From the NCBI RefSeq assembly GCF_963921235.1, contig NC_086108.1, positions 93,994,001 through 94,058,000 on the forward strand: 64,000 bases of DNA, written 5' to 3'. Shown here one piece after another: positions 60,217 through 64,000 of the stretch (positions are counted from its first letter, which is position 1; the number at the start of each line of letters is the position of its first letter). The DNA is from Mobula hypostoma. Taxonomy: Eukaryota. The notes below the pieces were generated by a model. It made no database searches, was not told the DNA's origin, and saw only the letters and a list, made by a program, of their open reading frames with translations. The position numbers and the translations under genes are program-made.

Positions 60217-61892
60217 CATTAATTGTTGGGAATTTCCCTTCTGGAGCTCACCAACATGGGACACATCCAGCCCTTGCTTCAATTGTCGTTTTTGGAGCAG
60301 AACTAAAATTCCACCTGATGTCCAGCTCACTGCTAAAGGCCGCAAAGCGAAGGCCACTCTCCTCGCAAGATGAAGGAGAAATGATACCAAAGCTGCTGAT
60401 ATACCCAATGACAGGGGCAGTGTATTGTTAGTTTATGCTTCAGAGTGCCTTTACGTTCCCCACTTCACCCTTTTCCTCTCGGATTATGAAGTGCTCATGG
60501 TTGTGAGTCGTGGGCCTCGGGTGCCAATCATGATTAAATATTGTTTGTTCACCAAGCACATGAACCTATCATGAGAGGCTGGATAAACTGGGGTTGTTTT
60601 CACAGGAGCCCCAGAGGCTGAGGGGAAATCTGATAGAGGCTTATAAGATTATGAGAGGCAGAGATAGAGTAGACAGGGAGTAGGGTTGAAATCTCCAATA
60701 CCAGAGGGCATGTTTTGAAGGTGAGGAGGGTAGGTTTTCACTCAGAGAGCGGTGGATGCCTGGAATGCACTGCCTGGTATGGCGGGAGAGGCAAATACAT
60801 TCGAGGCCTTTGAGAGACATTGGGATAGGCACATGGATGTAAGGAAGATGGAGGGGTATGGATATGATGTAGGTAGGAGGGATTAGCGTTGGTGTGTTCT
60901 TGATTTGTTTTTTTAGCTGGTTCGGCAGAACATTGTGATTTGAACCTGCAAGGTTTCTGGTATAAGATGGTGCTACTGAAGGCATACAGCAGTTTACTGG
61001 TAGTTCGAAAGCAAAGAAATTCGATTTAAAAACATTACTGATAACACTTTTTTTAAAAAGTAAATTATGGTAAGCTTTCACTGCAAACTATGACGAGAGA
61101 GGGCAAAGCGACCTCGAGCAATGTGTCCTGCTGGTGCGCTGAAAAATTGACGCACTTGGAGTTGGAGCTGTGCTGATTGGAATGGATGATTCGGAGAGGA
61201 GAAGTCAAGGCCGTGGCGTTTCAATGCCCATCCAACAAACCTGGGTGCAAGGGTGGATCGCTTTCAGTGCCAGGCCTATTTGGGGAGGTTGAGAATGGCT
61301 TCTTGGGCTTCTAGGCCCAAAGTGAATCACTGGATGGCGTGTTCTAGGCCTGGAGTGATTCACCATGGTAGAACCCAGGTCCTAATACAAGGTTGTATAA
61401 TTTATCCTTGCTTTGATAATAAATGTACTTAGAATCATTGAATCTATGAATTGAATGGCCTGTTCCTGTGCTGTATTGTTCTATGTAAAAGTAATCTACC
61501 GATTTTTAGAGGGGAAAACAAGTTCATGCAATCTGCAGGTGATTAGTCACTTGGTTCCATTCTGTCTAAGCCTGTTGTGATTTAGTCTGAAAATTGAGGG
61601 CAACGAAGTGCACACCTCAGCAACCCAGCCTAATGTGCGGATAATAAGCACATTTAAATTGTTTACTCCATGGGATCTCTTCCCCTGCATCCTTGTGTGT
61701 TTTGACTTGGAATATAGTTTTTGTTGTCCTTGAGTGTTTCTGTGGAATGCTCGAAATGCCACTTTGTGCACAACGAGAAGGCTGTGTTAATGTGCTCTTG
61801 ATTTTTCTTCCTCTCCACTTCACCCTTCCCCTCCCAGAGCTTTAGATGCTGCTTCATAATTCTCATGGTCGGCACAGATGTTCTGGGCTGAT

Positions 61893-62547
61893 GGGCCAAG
61901 ACCCTTCATCAGGGCTGGAAAGGAAGGAGACACAAGTCAGACTTATTCATGGGGGAGGGGAGGGAAGAAGTACAAGGTGGTAGGTGATGGTGAAACCGGG
62001 AGGGGGGAGGGGTGAAGTAAAGAGCTGGGAAGTTGATTGGTGGAAGAGATACAGGGCTGGAGAAGGGGGGATCATGGGAGAGGACAGAAGGCCATGGAAG
62101 AAGGGGAAGGGGGAGGAGCACCAGAGGGAGGTGATGGGCTGGTAAGGAGATAAGGTGAGAGAGGGGAATGGGGGAATGGTGAAGGGGAGGGGGGGGGGAC
62201 AATTACCAGAAACTCGAAATGGATGCTTATGCCATCAGGTTGGAGGCCACCCGGACATTATACTGTATAAGTTGTTGCTCCTACAACCTGAGTGTGGCCT
62301 TATCCTAGCAGTAGAAGAGGCTATGGACTGACTTGTTGGAATGAGAAAGGAAGTAGAATTGAAATGGGTGGCCACCGGGAAATCCCGCTTTTTGTTGGGG
62401 GCCGAACGAAGGTGCTCGACGAATCAATGTCGGGTGTCACCGATATACAGGAGGCCACACCAGGAGCACCGGATACAGTAGGTGACCCCAGCAGACTCAC
62501 AAGTAAAGTATCGCCTCACCTGGAAGGACTGCTAGAGGCCCTGAATC
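61893..62547 (-). mobile_element. Neptune-type Penelope: GIY-YIG remnant, 3'UTR and truncated hammerhead pseudo-LTR
   Basis: QSFQVRRYFTCESAGVTYCIRCSWCGLLYIGDT...FVEHLRS..DFPVATHFNS; ends ccagcc-CTGATGA-agggtcttggccc. Confidence 0.88.
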
Positions 62548-62611
62548 AAAATGTGCATCACAGATTCCAATAGTAGCAGAATCATATTTGAAAGAAGAAG
62601 TAGTAAAAGAA

Positions 62612-62824
62612 AAAAACAACAGGAATTCTGCAGATGCTGGAAATTCAAGCAACACACATAAAAGTTGCTGGTGAATGCAGCAGGCCAGGCAGCATCTCTA
62701 GGAAGAGGTGCAGTCGACATTCGTTAGTCCTGACGAAGGGTCTCGGCCTGAAACGTCGACTGCACCTCTTCCTAGAGATGCTGCCTGGCCTGCTGCGTTC
62801 ACCAGCAACTTTTATGTGTGTTGC
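62612..62824. mobile_element. Young Penelope-derived fold-back insertion with 14-bp TSD
   Basis: TSD AAGTAGTAAAAGAA (62598-62611, 62825-62838); 70-bp inverted arms 62649-62718/62755-62824 with one mismatch. Confidence 0.92.
62725..62762 (+). ncRNA. Minimal hammerhead ribozyme motif, intact core
   Basis: UAGUC-CUGACGA-A-GGGU-cucg-GCCU-GAAAC-GUC^-GACUG; predicted cleavage after 62757. Confidence 0.8.
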
Positions 62825-64000
62825 AAGTAGTAAAAGAATTAGTTTTGTGAACTGTCTGCAGGACGTCACCTTGGGTACAATGCTCAACTGGTGTCTAACC
62901 AGACTTTTACAGAGCTGCAACCATTCTAGTTACCCCGACACCCTTCACCTCCTCTATCCATTACTGAACTGCACTGTCAACAATTTAAACCACTCTTTAT
63001 AATGCTGTTTACATTGTAAATACATGCTGGTGTTTATGTATTTATACTCATTTTATTCCATATCTGTACTTTAACCCCTATTCTTATATAATTCTTTATA
63101 ATTGCTGGATGTTTTTTTGTTGCATCTGTCACACTGACTAACACACCACGGCAACTTCCTATTGCACGTAAATGTAAATGGCAATGGAGGTTTTCCCTTG
63201 ATGACCTCAAACTCTTGAACTCCAATCCCCTGGCAAACGAAGGCTGGGGATGAGCGAAGACCTTAATGGTTGGGATTTCCTTCTGTAATGTTCAGCTTCA
63301 GAGCTCTTGGACCACACTAGAATTGAACATCCATTGTGGTTAGCGACTGGCTCCATTTTAGTGAGGGGAAAAATGCAAGATGGCGCCGAGCTGCCCTCTG
63401 GTTGAACACCTTAGTTGGGTGGCCCTTCATTGATTCTGTTATAGTTACTATTTTATAGATTCGTTGAGTATGCCTGCAGGAAAATGAATCTCACAGTTAC
63501 ATATGGTGACTTGTATGTACTTTGACAATAAAATTTTACTTTGAACTTTGGAAGAATCAGACGTCATTTGTGATGCCTGCAGTCAAACAGTTAAGTGGTG
63601 TAAATAAGTCACTTATTTAAATAACAAGCCCGCTGGCAAGGTATTTCAGAGTTAAACTCCTGTAAGAGGCAACTCCTTTCTGATTTTTTTGTTTACCTGT
63701 GGTTTGTATTTGACAGCGGTGAGTTAATCTACCAACACGTCAGTGAGGTGTGGGAAGAAGCTGGAATGTCAGGTAGAAACTTGACATGGAGTCGGGGATG
63801 TGCACGTTCCATCGGGACAGCACCAGTGTACAGGACCAAGCTTGACCTGGAGTTGTGAAGCAGTATCACTCATTGCTATGTCCAGCACAACAGGGTGTTG
63901 TCCCTTTCACCTTCCATATCTAATGTAAATGTTCTTACTCCCTCAGTCTCTGAGACACCTTCAGTTGTAAGATTGCTTGCTTCCACGTTGGTGAAACCCG

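Noticed and set aside
61800..61890. Strong polypyrimidine acceptor at 61837
   Set aside because: All frames stop quickly, the sequence runs into repeat tails, and no donor follows.

Overview
Vertebrate nuclear DNA that is mostly interspersed repeats. The repeat mix (CR1/HER1-type LINEs, HE1/V-SINE-type SINEs, SacSINE/DeuSINE relics, Rex1-type LINE tails) points to a cartilaginous fish, probably a ray; this is inferred, not searched. I recognise no intact host protein-coding exon. The long ORFs are decayed transposon fragments (CR1, Rex1/Babar, RTE, I/Nimb, Penelope GIY-YIG, Tc1, mariner, pogo/Tigger, hAT) or tandem-repeat artefacts. A CpG island at ~39.8-41.3 kb with a strong + strand splice donor at 40541/40542 is the best sign of a host gene start. 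The most notable hidden layer is candidate self-cleaving RNA carried by retroelements. First, an HDV-like double-pseudoknot candidate with an unusually expanded L3 sits at the 5' end of a TSD-flanked RTE-derived element (21206-21391, minus). Second, about a dozen minimal hammerhead motifs come from two Penelope-like families, several in fold-back insertions, including a young TSD-flanked copy with an intact core (62612-62824). Other points: a 14-copy G-quadruplex minisatellite, a pogo-hAT-mariner three-transposase mosaic, and an inverted CR1 pair sharing private mutations. All family assignments and RNA folds were made by eye, and most repeat boundaries are approximate. Many short SINE/LINE-tail fragments are not itemised.
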